Positions 27,925-41,427 of a stretch of DNA of 64,000 bases are shown piece by piece. The notes under the pieces were generated by a model that did not search any database, was not told the origin of the DNA, and saw nothing but the letters and a program-made list of their open reading frames with translations. The DNA is from Octopus vulgaris. Taxonomy: Eukaryota. Each line of letters begins with the position of its first letter. The stretch's first letter is position 1. The stretch is from contig OX597826.1 in assembly GCA_951406725.2 (NCBI GenBank), forward strand, positions 9,672,001 through 9,736,000, given 5' to 3'. Made by a program: the position numbers and the translations under genes.

Positions 27925-28508
27925 ATTTCAAATTCTGCCGAGGTCAACATTGCCTTGCAACCTTTCAGGGTCAATAAAATAAATACCAGCCATATACTTT
28001 GATCGTTGTCATCAACTTAAACCCTCCTCTGAAATTGCTGGCTTTGTGCCAAAATTTGAAACCATTATTATAATTATTGTGTAAAAGCTATGAGCTGGCA
28101 GAATCACCAGCAATCTGGACAAAACACTTTCCAGCATTTTGTCAGTCTCTATAGTATGAGTTCAAATTCCACTGAGGTTAACTTGGCCTTCCCTCTTTCC
28201 AGCTCAATGAAATAAGAACCAGCTAAGCACTGTGATCAGTGTAACCCACTTACCTGCTTCCCCCAAATTGCTGGCTTTGTGCAAAAATTTGAAACCATTA
28301 ATAGAATTATTGTGTAAGGTGACATGCTGGACAAAGCACTTTGCAGCATTTTGCCAGTCTTTACGATCTGAGTTCAAATTCCACCGAGGTCAAATACGCT
28401 TTTCACCCTTTTGGGGTTTGATGAAATGAGCACCAGTTGAGCACTGGGATCCATGTAATCGACTCACCCGCTCCCTGAAATTGCTGGCCTTGTGCCAAAA
28501 TTTGAAAC
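27925..28508 (+). mobile_element. Tandem array of three old family-B-related units
   Basis: Three repeats ending ATTGCTGGC.TTGTGC.AAAATTTGAAAC. Confidence 0.75.
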
Positions 28509-28582
28509 ATATGCATACACATACACTCCTACATGTATATATGCATACATTGAAGCATACATATATATATACATATATATAT

Positions 28583-28754
28583 AGGCGCAGGAGTGACTGT
28601 GTGGTAAGTAGCTTGCTAACCAACCACATGGTTCCGGGTTCAGTCCCACTGCGTGGCATCTTGGGCAAGTGTCTTCTGCTATAGCCCTGGGCCGACCAAT
28701 GCCTTGTGAGTGGATTTGGTAGACGGAAACTGAAAGAAGCCTGTCGTATATATG

Positions 28755-28789
<35 letters not shown>

Positions 28790-28998
28790 TTGTGTGTCTT
28801 TGTTTGTCCCCCTAGCATTGCTTTGACAACCAATGCTGGTGTGTTTACGTCCCCATCACTTAGCGATGAGACCGATAGAATAAGTACTGGGCTTACAAAG
28901 AATAAGTCCCGGGGTCGATTTGCTCGACTAAAGGCGGTGCTCCAGCATGGCCGCAGTCAAATGACTGAAACAAGTAAAAGTGTAAAAGAGTAAAGAGT
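28583..28998 (+). mobile_element. SINE family A, young full-length
   Basis: GGCGCAGGAGTG... to the TAAAGAG tail. Confidence 0.9.
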
Positions 28999-29349
28999 AT
29001 ACATGTTTGAGACCCTAATGTGTGTGTATAAAACTAGTTAAGTGAATGGTTTAGCAACCAGTCCCCATGACCAGCCTGTTACTATGATGATTCACACCGA
29101 GACGAGTATTTAAATGGCCATAATGTGATGTTTATAATATATCTCTATAGATTTATTTGCTTACAATAACTCCTGCTGCACGTCCCTTCTATGCTAATCA
29201 TTTTATTGTTGTTAGTTTTTGTTTATTATTTTTTTGTCAATGTTTAGCTCATACTCACTCCGTGTATATATGTGTGCACTTTTGTGCATATAAATGTATA
29301 TGCATGTGACTGTGTGTGCATACATAATACTCTGTTTCTTATTTTCTGT

Positions 29350-29442
29350 GTGTGAATATATATGAATGTGTATGTGTTTATGCGTGTTTGTGTATATATA
29401 TATATGTGTGTGTATGTGTGTATATATATATGTTTGTGTATA

Positions 29443-29524
<82 letters not shown>

Positions 29525-29954
29525 TGTATATATGTATATATATATATGTATATTATGTATGTATGTATATATATATATATGATATATATGTATGTATATA
29601 TATATATGTATATATGTATGTATATATAATATGTATGTATGTATATATGTATACATATATGTATATATATGTATGTATATATATATATATGTATGTATAT
29701 ATATATGTATATATGTATGTATATATAATATGTATGTATGTATATATGTATACATATATGTATATATATGTATGTATATATGTATACATATATTTATATA
29801 TATGTATATATATATATGTATGTATATATATATATGTATGTATATATAATATGTATGTATGTATATATGTATACATATATGTATATATATGTGTGTATAT
29901 ATATATATATATGTATGTATATATAATATGTATGTATGTATATATGTATACATA

Positions 29955-29985
<31 letters not shown>

Positions 29986-30220
29986 ATATATAGAGATACA
30001 TATATATATATATACATACTCACACACATAAATATGGATATATAATTATATATATGATACATATATATATATATATATTTATGTATATATAATTATGTAT
30101 TACATATTCATACATATATACACACATCATGCATAAATGTATGTATGTATGTATATGTGTGTGTTCATATGAGTAAGTGCTGTGTGCTTTATATGTTTTG
30201 TGTGTGTGTGTGTGTGTGTG
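29350..30220. repeat. Compound TA/TATG microsatellite with a higher-order unit
   Basis: Marker ATATAATATGTATGTATGTATATATGTATACATATATG recurs four times. Confidence 0.95.
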
Positions 30221-30504
30221 TACAAACAGAAAGCATGTGTTTGTTAATTGTGTTTTGCTAATTCAAATACGTTTTTCAACGTATTTATCATAATTAAGTT
30301 ACATATAGCTAATTAGAATAAAATAGATAATTGGATTTGTTCCCCATTTATCTCTCTATAACTTTTCGTGTTTGTTCACGTAAGTGAAACTGTTCCTTTT
30401 GCGATGTATGTGTCTGTGACTATCCGTGCATGTGGGGATCTGTCTCTCTGCATTTGTCTGTGTGTGTGTACACATACGCACACTCATTTGTGTATGTGTG
30501 TGTG

Positions 30505-30540
<36 letters not shown>

Positions 30541-31461
30541 TATATACACACTGTATGTAGGTATGTATGTATGTATACACAGGCATGTATTTTATATGTA
30601 GTGTGTGAATGTGTGCTTCTGTTTGCTTGTGTGTGTGTGTGTGTATATATGTGTATATATATATATATATATACACACTTGTATGTATGTATGTATGTAT
30701 ACACAGGCATGTATTTTGTATGTAGTGTGTGAATGTGTCCTGTTTGCTTGTGTGTGTGTGTATGTGTTGGACTATTTAACGTGTCTACGTCTAAGTGTTT
30801 GTTTTGTATGTATTTTGTGTATTTTGAAAACCCTGTAACTTAATGTAAATATCCTAGTAAGACAGAATGTGTGTGTGTGTGTGTGTGTGTGGTAATGTTT
30901 TTGCTTACATGACGTCTTACAAACTTAGTGTCATTATTAGTCATGTTTAGAATATTGATGGTAGGAACTAAAATATTCCTGCTGAAATAAAGTCAGATCA
31001 GATCAGTTGTTTGTTAGTCATCTCTACTACTAGTAAAACAGTTATTGCTTTTAGTTGTTTGTTTGAATGAATTTCATTCAGAAAGAAGTACTAGAAGAAG
31101 GCAGTGCTCCAGTGTGGCCTTAGTCAAGATGGTGGTTAACATAAACCAAATAACTGATGAATATGATAAATAAGGATCATTATAATTATCATTTTAATGT
31201 TCACTTTTCCATCCTTGCATGGGTCAGACAGAATTCGTTTAGGAAGATTTTCTACAGTTGGATGCCCTTCCTGTTGCTAACCCTCACCTATTTCCAAGCA
31301 AGGTAATATTTTCCCACAACCTCAGATGTGTTTTTCGTAAAAGTTTGGAAATGAAGGACACTGCTTGTATGGTAGTGACTCTCGTTTACAGCTATCACAT
31401 GATGTCAGGACAGGGAGACACACACATGTGCGTGTGTGCCTGTGGAATACATCAAGAATAT

Positions 31462-31650
31462 GTATTTCTTTACTACCCACAAGGGGCTAAACACAGAGGG
31501 GACAAACAAGGACAGACAAAGGGATTAAGTCGATTACATCTACCCCTGTGCGTAACTGGTACTTAATTTATCGACCCCGAAAGGATGAAAGGCAAAGTCG
31601 ACCTCGGCGGAATTTGAACTCGGAACGCAACGACAGACGAAATACGGCGA
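31462..31650 (-). mobile_element. SINE family B, 5'-truncated
   Basis: Homology to 26036-26220. Confidence 0.85.
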
Positions 31651-32164
31651 AATGGTTGAAGGGCATCTAGCCATAGAAACCCTGCCAAAACAGACAGTGT
31701 AGCCTGGCGCAGTCTTCTGGCTTGCGATCTCCCGTCAAACTGTCCAACCCATGCCAGCTTGGAAAAACAGACATTAAATGGTGAGGATAATGGCAGCAAT
31801 GGTAATGATGATGATTATATTTGTGTTTTAGCAGCTATAAAGGTAACTGTGAACGAAGCAGTACTATTGGTAAGTCTTCCAGTTCTGCAGAATAGTCCAT
31901 ACCCTACTGAGACACTTTTATTTGCCACCTTTTTATCTGGGCGAAGAGTAGCTATGAAATGAGGAAGCCTCTACATGGCTTTTCAGCTTGCTAGAAGCAG
32001 CACTGAAATTCCTTAATACCACACTATCATCTTGAACAAGGAAGGACATATTGTATAATATTGCCCTCCATATACAATAGATGGGTTGGTCAGGGACACT
32101 TTTGATGATAAGCCAGCTCAACTAAGGATGATCAAGAGCTGATAAGCTACAACTGTTTACGGAA

Positions 32165-32357
32165 CATCGATGGAGTATCTATAGGTTGTTTGAATTGCTA
32201 GATAGTAGTCACACCTCTCCTCCAAAATAGAAGGACATGGTTCATAACATGGTTCTAGATAAACTATGAATAAATTTGAGATGGTCATGCCTGGAGCAAC
32301 TTTAATCATAGGTCTGCCTGATCATGGGTAACCTACCTAGGGTTAAACAACAACAAA
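32165..32357 (+). repeat. Old dispersed family E ((CAA)n tail, GCTAGAAATAGCAGCCAAAT-type motif)
   Basis: At least a dozen diverged copies, e.g. about 4880-5080, 7930-8120, 15200-15395, 31965-32150, 37040-37250, 39300-39550, 40590-40750, 48590-48720, 49685-49865, 58230-58410. Confidence 0.6.
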
Positions 32358-32589
32358 CGATTGTAAAAGAATTAACAAAACTTCAGTCCAAACACTATTC
32401 ACTCACACATTGTGTGTGCGCATGCATGCGTGTGTGAATGTGTTGAAGTCTCAATTTTATGATTCTTGGTTCACTTTATGAATGGAATTTGGCTCACAGA
32501 AACTGTGTGGAAGCTTATTGGTGTAAACCAATGTGTCAAGTTGTGTTTCTTTATGCAAAGACTGTAACTTAACATTTACCAATTTGTTT

Positions 32590-33070
32590 TGCAAGATTCT
32601 TGATGTGAAATCGTGTATTGAAACAGATATTGTTGTATTTCAGAATTTTTTTTTTTTTGCCAAATAAACACATGCACTATATATTTTTTCCTTTACTCGT
32701 TTATTACTGTTCTTATTTTCTTATTTTAACTCATGTCCATTGTCCAAAAATCTTTCACCACACATCTGTGACCTCTTCAGTGACACTTTTCGTTTTCGTA
32801 TCTGTTCTTGCTCCACTTACTCCATTCTGTTCTTCTAAGATGTGTATCCTGTCTTAGAAGAACAGAATGGAGTAAGTGGAGCAAGAACAAATACGAAAAC
32901 GAAAAGTGTCACTGAAGAGGTCACAGATGTGTGACAAAAGATTCCTGGACATTGGACCCGAGTTATAATAATAAGATAACAACAGCAATAAATGAGTGAA
33001 GAAAAATATATATTGCATGTGTTTATTTGGCAAAAAAAAACAACAAAAAAGACCATCCCGAAATACGATA
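32590..33070. mobile_element. Fold-back element with decayed hammerhead-like motif in both arms
   Basis: Arms of about 190 bp inverted around about 32845; CTGAAGAGGTCAC..GTGAC(G>A)AAAG at 32912-32940; left end homologous to 55050-55150. Confidence 0.7.
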
Positions 33071-33182
33071 TGTAACCTAACGCTTCCTGAAATAAATACC
33101 AGATTGAAATAAATACAAAGTCAATGTGATTGAATACAGTCTCGCATGGTTGCAGTTCAGTGACAAAATAAATATAAATTAC

Positions 33183-33337
33183 ACAGATGTGGGTGTGTGG
33201 TGACAAACTTTCTTTTCAGCCACATGGTTCCCGGTTCAGTCCCACAGTGTGACACCTTGGGAAAGTTGTCTTCTACTAAAGCCTCAGACTAACCAAAGCC
33301 TTGTGAGTGGATATGGTGTACGGAAACTGAAAGAAGC

Positions 33338-33386
<49 letters not shown>

Positions 33387-33590
33387 TGTGTGTTTGTGTC
33401 TGTGTTTGTCCTCAACCACTGTTTGACAACTGGCTTTGGTATGTTTCTGTCCCCGTAACCTAGTGGTTTGGCAAAAGAGACTGACGGAATAAGTAACAGG
33501 CTTTGAAATTAAAAAAAAGTACTAGGCTAGATACATTCAGCTAAAAATTCTTCCAGGCAGTGCCCCAGCATGGCTGAAACAAGTAAAAGA
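33183..33590 (+). mobile_element. SINE family A
   Basis: Head to tail homology. Confidence 0.85.
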
Positions 33591-33596
33591 AATTGA

Positions 33597-33828
33597 AGGC
33601 GGTGAGCTGGCAGAAACGTTAGCGCGCCGGGCAAAATGCTTAGCGGTATTTCGTCTGCTGTTACATTCTGAGTTCAAATTCCGCCGAGGTCGACTTTGCC
33701 TTTCATCCTTTCGGGGTCGATAAATTAAGTACCAGTTACGCACTGAGCTCGATGTAATCAACTTAATCCCCCTGTCTGTCCTTGTTTGTCCCCTCTATGT
33801 TTAGCCCCTTGTGGGCAATAAAGAAATA
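33597..33828 (+). mobile_element. SINE family B inserted in the tail of a family A SINE
   Basis: 16-bp duplication TGAAACAAGTAAAAGA at 33575 and 33829. Confidence 0.9.
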
Positions 33829-33987
33829 TGAAACAAGTAAAAGATAAAAGAAGATACATTCAAACATGAACGTACATCCCGCACACACTCTGGCACACGC
33901 ACACACACACACACACACAGAGCAAGTGCCCACCACATTACCAAAATGCTGCGTTCCTGAAAAATCTTACTATAACATAGTGTGCTG

Positions 33988-34190
33988 TAATATTGATTTC
34001 AAATTTTGGCACAAGGCCAGCAGGTTTGGTGGAGGGGGCTACATCAATTAAATCAACCCCAGTGTTTAGCCGGTACTTATTTTTACCAACCCCAAAAGGA
34101 TGAAAGGCAAAGTCAACCTCAGCAGAATTTGAACTTAAAACTAAGCATTTTGCCCGCTGTGCTAACGATTCTGCCAGCTTGCAGCCTTTA
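33988..34190 (-). mobile_element. Old family-B-related SINE
   Basis: Core homology. Confidence 0.75.
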
Positions 34191-34505
34191 TAGCCTCCTG
34201 TAAATCTACAACCTATTTTGCCATCAACTTCCATGGAAATCAGGGAACAGTGATGTCAGTGGGAAAATACATTTCGCATTATGGAACTCTGTATTATGGT
34301 ATGGTCTGGGGGGAACACGGTGCTCCCAGAACAGAGGGATGCCTGTATGTACGTATATGTGTGTGTGTGTAATGAAATATGACAAGCTAAAATGAAAGGA
34401 CACTTGAAAATAGAAACACTGTTATATATGTATGTGTATATATGTATATGTATATATTTTAAAATACATAGATATTGAATATTTAATGTGTGTAAATATA
34501 TATAC

Positions 34506-34584
<79 letters not shown>

Positions 34585-34585
<1 letters not shown>

Positions 34586-34981
34586 GTGAAATAGAAAGAT
34601 GAATAATCTTGTAGTAGATTAATCAAAAGTTTAACCGATACCTTAGTAGCAAAAATCACAGCAGTAAACAGCACGGTTGGAGGTACAACCATATGGTGTT
34701 GCAACCGTGCGTTGGTGCGGATAATTGAAATTAAAACAATATTGGTGAATTGAAGAAATGGGCTCTTAGGAGCATTGTTCGATTTGTTTTTGCTCTGCCT
34801 CTGTTCTGTTTTTGTTTTTCCAACGGATTTCCTATTTTCTACCTGAAGAGAAAGACACAATATGGTCCCATTATTCAATCGGATTTTGGTAATTTGTGCC
34901 TTTCGAAACACGTGTAGAATGAAATAAAACGATTTCTGTTCAATCTGCGTTCAGCTCCATTTCTTCAATTCACCAATATTG

Positions 34982-34983
<2 letters not shown>
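34585..34983 (+). mobile_element. TA-embedded element with a 27-bp inverted arm and hammerhead core
   Basis: Arms 34735-34761 / 34957-34983; (TA)n on both sides. Confidence 0.6.
34837..34919 (+). ncRNA. Type I hammerhead-ribozyme-like motif (best core in the window)
   Basis: CUGAAGA 34843-34849, helix II GAAAG.CACAA/UUGUG.CUUUC with G-C closing pair, GAAA 34905-34908, palindrome ACACGUGU, GUA; helix I register ambiguous (UUCUAC/GUAGAA overlaps the triplet). Confidence 0.55.
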
Positions 34984-35024
<41 letters not shown>

Positions 35025-35172
35025 CATATATACACACACACACACACATATATATATACATATATACACACACACACACATATATAAATATACATATACA
35101 CACATATATATATATACATATATATATATACACGCATACATACATACATATATATATATACACACACATATG

Positions 35173-35212
<40 letters not shown>

Positions 35213-35272
35213 TACATATACATATCCATACACACACATATACATATCCATATCCATACACACACACACACA
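34983..35272. repeat. Compound (TA)/(CA) microsatellite
   Basis: Direct inspection. Confidence 0.95.
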
Positions 35273-36226
35273 TCTGTTAGATCATTTCAATGTAGGAAAT
35301 CTTAAGTGGATTTGTCATTCTGTAATAATTTGTCTCCACAGGTAGCAGCAGGTTGCTAAACTACATTGTAATGATACAAGACAGATTCTCTTCTTCATTC
35401 CTTAATAGCTCAGGTCAATATTGAAGAGGCAGTGGTAGTAGCAGTGGCAGTGGTAGCAGCAGCAGCAGTGGTGGTGTTGGTGGTTGTGGTGGTGGTGGTG
35501 GTGGTGGTGGTGGTGGTATCAGAATATTAAATATCAGAGGTGAGAAGGGAGCAAGATATGAGAACGAATTGTCAGGCTATAATAGCTCGGGTTAAAATGT
35601 GGGAGTTATGTATGAAAGGACATTAAAATCTGCAGTAATTTTATTTTATCCACTTATTTTTGAGGCCGATGGTGGTAGGGGAAGATGTGGAAAGAGTTGT
35701 TTACTTAGATGTGAACGCTTATATCATTCGGTGATGGCTCGTGTGAATACGGGAGACTAAAAGTCCTCAAGTGAAATTGTTTCATAAATACATTCTGAGC
35801 TATTATTGAAAGACATCTCTCTCTCTTCTCTCACCAGCCATGTACAGTGTTGGCGTATTACTGGTTTTTATTTTGCAAGTTCCTCTCAATGATGAATATT
35901 TTGTTTTAACTTGACTTCTAAGAGATTTGAACTTTCCAAAGTAATATAGATTAGCACTTGTACTGAGCTTTTATAGATTAGCACTTCGGCAAACACATCC
36001 TGTACTGTGCTGCTGATAGACTTCATTACTGATCTTAGATGTCTTCTGTGATAGAGCACCTTAACCCCTTTGTGGCCATATATGTAATAAAATAACATTG
36101 TAATACAATTAATCTACTATTAATTTTGATGATAATTGAGAATTTGGAACGATTTACTGATGTTTGAAACATAACCTGACAGAAACGTTCTTGCATAAAA
36201 TTACAACGAAAGGGTTTAATTTAAAC

Positions 36227-36932
36227 CATTGGTTTTCAACCATTTTTTGCCTATGAACCTCTTTGATTCCTATTTAATTCAAGTGGAACCTCATAGCCAT
36301 TCAATATTTAAAAGAAACCTTATTGTCTATTTATAATCAAATATTATTTGGAATCATACTGGTGCTAGGAAGGGTATCCAACCATAGAAACCATGCCAAA
36401 TTAGATTGGAACCTGGTACAGCCCTCCAGCTTACCAATTCCAGACAAATTACATTATGGGCCACTTTAATCACAGAAAGTTGTTTTGAGGGCCGCTTGTA
36501 TACTTTATGCACTAATAATTAAAATAATCAAATTACAGAATTGAGAATTTTTTCATACTTTTCGTTTGTTTAAAATTATAAAATTATTGGCTTTTGCTTT
36601 ATTTTGCCACTTATAAATTTTAAATTTATTTTGAAACAAATGTTTTACACAAACAATTTTATTTTAAAATTAAGCACAAGAAAGTATTGAATGGGCCACA
36701 AGATAAAAGTCTGTGGATCGCATGCACACCACAGGCCTCCAGTTGGCCAGCCCTGGTCTAACCCATACTAGCATGGAATGCAGACATAAAGTGATGATGA
36801 GGATGCATTAAAAATTGTTAAAATATTTTGTGTATTGTGGAAGTATAATGCAATTTATTGCAGATAAGATTTTAACAACGAAATCTTATATGTACCTCCA
36901 AGGGCCATACGAACCCAAGTTGAAGACCACTG
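36227..36932. mobile_element. hAT MITE containing a nested SINE and a second MITE
   Basis: TIRs CATTGGTTTTCAAC / GTTGAAGACCACTG; 8-bp TSD ATTTAAAC/ATTTAAAT. Confidence 0.7.
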
Positions 36933-38519
36933 ATTTAAATATTAAACAATATAAAATAGGTAGTTTTGTATTGGAGAGCTTATATAATGTTCTGTAATCT
37001 GCTGAAGATTTTGTATTGTTGTTCTTGTTGATTAGCCACTGGTATGCCCTAATCTAGCAGATCTATGATCAAAAGTATTCCAGTCTTAACCATACCTCCA
37101 TTGCCTCCCTGACATAGTATATAAATATATATCTAGGGGTTACATTAGCTAATGTGTTCTTAAATTTTTTTAGAAAGTAGTGTATGCTTTGAGGAAAATT
37201 TTGTTACTAATTTTAGAAGATTGACTGCAGACAGGCTCCCTCATTGTCCAGTTGTCTACTTTGTGGATATTTTCAGGGTGGGTACATTGAATTTTTTTTT
37301 ACTGATAGTTTCTTTCAGTCTTAGGATAAATTTGAACTCAGCACTGTGATACATTGATTTTGATATAGAGACAGACAGCCGTAGCTATTTTCAGCAATGG
37401 TGCTGTCAAATGTGTGTTCACTGGTTTGAATTCCTTATCTTTTAAAGATGTCAAAGTCCATGATTGCAAGAGGTATAGTCTGAAGTAGATTGCTGCCTAA
37501 AGGGTTAAAAGTCCTGCATGTCTCCAATCCATTTCCGAAGACAGTGGTTATATTTCTCTGCTCCTGGCATTGATGCTTCAATGCTCCTCATTTTCTTCAC
37601 CTACTTCCTCTAAACAGGTTCATTTCAGTCACTTGTTTCACTGATATTTGTTTCCAAATTATCATCTAATCTAGTTTGTTTTATATATTTATTTATTTTT
37701 CCTTCGTTTCTATTTTACTGTAAATAGCCACATTAAACCTTCCATTGGAACTAATTTCAGTGGTCTGTGTTGATATCCATTGCTACAGACCATTGGACTG
37801 TGGCAGCGAGCTATTAGCAAACGAACAACATCATGTAGTTGTAGTTGGAAGAAATATTTCCTCGCTTAAAGTTGAAGTTATTTTTGCAAATACGTTGCTG
37901 TTAAAATGTCTTTATATCAATCTTTCCATAATGAGTAAATTTGTTATTTTTATGTGTTTTGTGTATTTTTTAGGTTTTGTTGTTTTTTTTAATATGTAAA
38001 AGAATATTGATTTCAAATTCTATTAAAGAACCATTCTTCAAGGTCCCAAGTAATTTGCTTCTATGTAAAACATATTCCTGTGGTAGCTTTTTCTAATTAA
38101 TAAATATTTATAAATAGATTGTAATGAAGTAAACTAATCAATGTCTACAAATATAGACTCTGTCTCGTTAGTGTCACTATGATTTCTATATTTGGATATG
38201 TCCAACATTGAACACACATCCTATTTCAATCATTTCTGAGTGTTTGTCGGTATTATCATTTAAAATGTTCTTGAATTTGAAACAGACATAGTTAGCAATG
38301 GATAATTCCCTTGTCGGGTTGCAAAGGCACCAGGGAATACATCATGGAAGCACATCCTGGCCTAGACAACATAATGAAGGCTATCTCTCTCTCCCTCTCT
38401 CTTTCTCTCTCTCCATCTATCTTTCCCTCCCTCCATCTATCCTTTCTCTCTCCCACTCACTCCCGCTATCTTTCTTTCCCTCTCCATCTATTCCCTCTCC
38501 CCCCTCCTCTCTCCTAAGG

Positions 38520-38770
38520 TCGGAGCTTAATCCAGTATCCATGGCATATAAATAACTGAGATTACAAAACACCCCACTGAACTGGATGCTAAGTCCATCA
38601 CAGAATTAACTTCCAAGCAATTACTGAAACTCTTTTGCAGCTGAGTGGACTGGAGCAGCATGGGCATGAAGTGTTTTGCTCAAGAACACAACACACAATC
38701 CTGTCCAAGAACTGAAACTACAATCTTACAATCATGAGTGCAACACCCTAACCACTTAGCCATGTACCTT
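38520..38770 (-). mobile_element. SINE family D (tRNA-like head, old)
   Basis: Minus strand head TGGCTAAGTGGTTAGGGTGTTGCACTC; related copies at about 350-452 and 8385-8610. Confidence 0.65.
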
Positions 38771-40795
38771 CCCTATATCTATATTTTGTATCTTATATTT
38801 CATATTTGTACTATTGAAATAAATTCCCTGGAATTATCTCTAATCTTCCATTGGTCAGGGTTCACATTGAGAAAGCTTCTCTCCAGAGCATAGGCCTAGG
38901 CCAGCATTTACCCATGCAGAAAGTTCCCATCTTTACACCACTATATTGTCCAAGGGCAGAACAAGAGCCAATACAGTTTAGCATTAATGTTGTTGCAATG
39001 AAAAAGAGAATATAAAGAGCTGGAACAAATACTGCCAAATATTTTGTCTGGTGCTTCTGACAATTGTGCCAAATCACTGCCTTAGATGAGTGCTTTATTT
39101 TGTTGGCCCCTGGAAGGATGAACAAACAACAACATCGACCTCGGCGGGAATTGAAGTCAGAATTGAAAGAACCAGTTGAAATGCTGCAAGGAATTTTATC
39201 TGGTGCTCTATCAGTTCTGTCTATCCACCAATTGCACTTTTGCGATATATAAATAAAAGTGTTACATGAAATTTTCACACAAAAAAGATTGCTGTTATTA
39301 ATTCCAAATCAACTCTGATCTATAGACCTATGATCAGAAACATTCCAGATGTGACTATCCAGTCTTTTTTTTTTCAAAAGGCAAGCACTTTTGTATGACA
39401 AGGCAGCTAAAACAAAGCAAAGAAAATAGTATATCAGAATACATTAGCTTATGTATGTATTTTTTTTAAAGATATTTAAAGATATTCTTAAGGTAAGCTG
39501 TGATACGAGGGAGATTTACCTGCTCTTTCTTGTAGGTAAATGCACCCTCATTGACTTAATGTAAAAGGGTTTACAACATCTAGAAAATATTAGATCCTTT
39601 TTTTCCCTTTCATAGAACATATTTCAGCATTCTATTAGCAGAAATGTATTTGTCTGCAAGTAAATGCACGGTTTAAAACTACAAAAGCAAAAATATTAAT
39701 AAGTCACCGTCACATGCTACGGTTTGTGGTGGGGGGGAAAAAAAAAAGAGAGAGAGAGAGAGAGAAGCAGAAAAAACAAAAACAACAGCCATAGCATGTG
39801 ATCTTGATGAATGAAGAGCGTTTAGCTTTTGAAACTTTTTATTCCAGTTATACAGATTATATAGCATTACTATATTCTTTCCTGTATGGCTGGTTAGCTG
39901 ACATATATGGCCAACCAGACTCAGCTAGCATCGAAAAACCCAGCTGAATTAACTGACATCATCATCATCATCATCATCATCGCTAACATCATTATTTCCC
40001 CGTGCTATTGATCGTTTTCCCTTTCATTATGAACACCTTACTTATTTTGCCCAATATTTAATTTTTTTCCCCTCTATTTCATTACTTTTGTTTACTTAAT
40101 ATTTTTAAGTTTCCCAACCTCTATCCAATTTTACAGTGTTTGTATGTGAGTCTTCTTTACTATGTTTGTATGTATATACTTTTTACAGTGTTTGTTATTT
40201 ATTGCATGTGTGTATATAAGTGTTCTTTATTACATTAGCATGTGTGTTTTTCACTATATTTGTATGCGTGTGTATTCTTTACTACATTTATATGTATGTG
40301 GTTTTTTTTTCACTGTTTATACATGTGTGGTCTTTACAGTGTTTGCATGTGTGTGTTCTTTACAGTGTAAGTGTATGTTCTTGCTGTATTTGTGTGTGTG
40401 TGTTCGTGTACACTTATTTTTTTTATTTATATATTTATTTATGCTTTAATGAAATACAATTAACAACTGCAGAGGTTTATTGAAGATTTGACTCTCAAAA
40501 TAATATCCAGTAAAACTATGGTTCGCTAAATTCAGAAGAAATGATTGAGCTGAAAATGTACAAGGCTTTGAAACCTCAGCAAGGAATCTTCTACAGAGTC
40601 ACTCAATCTGCTGAAAACAGCCACCAAATTTCTTTTGAAACATTAGCTTAAAAAAGAGGAGCACATTGGGAATTTTAAGCTGAGATATACTAAAATGAGG
40701 GATAGCCATGGCTGGAATATCTTTGGTCATAAATCTTCTCAGACAAAATTTGTTTTTTGTGTCAATCCTTAACTAAATATTGAAAGTTGGTTACA

Positions 40796-41385
40796 TCAAC
40801 CTGATTGTCCAGCCAGTACTTATTTTATCAACCCAAAAAGGATGAATGGCAAAGTTGAACTCAGCAGCATTTGAACTCGGAACATAAAGACAGACCAAAT
40901 ACCATTGAGCGTTTTGTCTGGTGTGCTAACAATTCTGCCATCTTGCTTCTGTAATAATAATAATCTTTTCTACTGAAGGCACAAGGCTTGAAATTTTGTG
41001 AAAGAGGGCTAATTGATTTAATCAACCTGATTGTCCAGCCAGTACTTATTTTATCAACCCCAAAAAGGATGAATGGCAAAGTTGAACTCAGCAGCATTTG
41101 AACTTGGAACATAAAGACAGAAACATATCATCTGATGTTCTACCGATTCCACCAGTTTGCCGCCTTTACCATAATAATAATGGTTTCAAATTTTGGCACA
41201 AGGGCAACAAGTTTGTGGAAGCGGGCTAATTGATTTATATCAACCCCAGTACTTGACTATTATTTATTTTGTTGACCCTGAAAGGATGAAAGGCAAAGTT
41301 GATTCATTGTGTAAAGACGGATGAAATGCTGCAGAACATTTTGTCCAGCATGCTAATGATTCCGCCATCTTGCTGCCTTTACTGT
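40796..41385 (-). mobile_element. Tandem family-B-related SINE units
   Basis: Three units separated by (TAA)n; 40796-40890 is duplicated at 41021-41120. Confidence 0.8.
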
Positions 41386-41395
41386 AATAACAATC

Positions 41396-41427
<32 letters not shown>

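Noticed and set aside
28583-28660. tRNA genes at SINE heads
   Set aside because: A and B boxes are present but there is no full cloverleaf, and the sequence continues into SINE bodies
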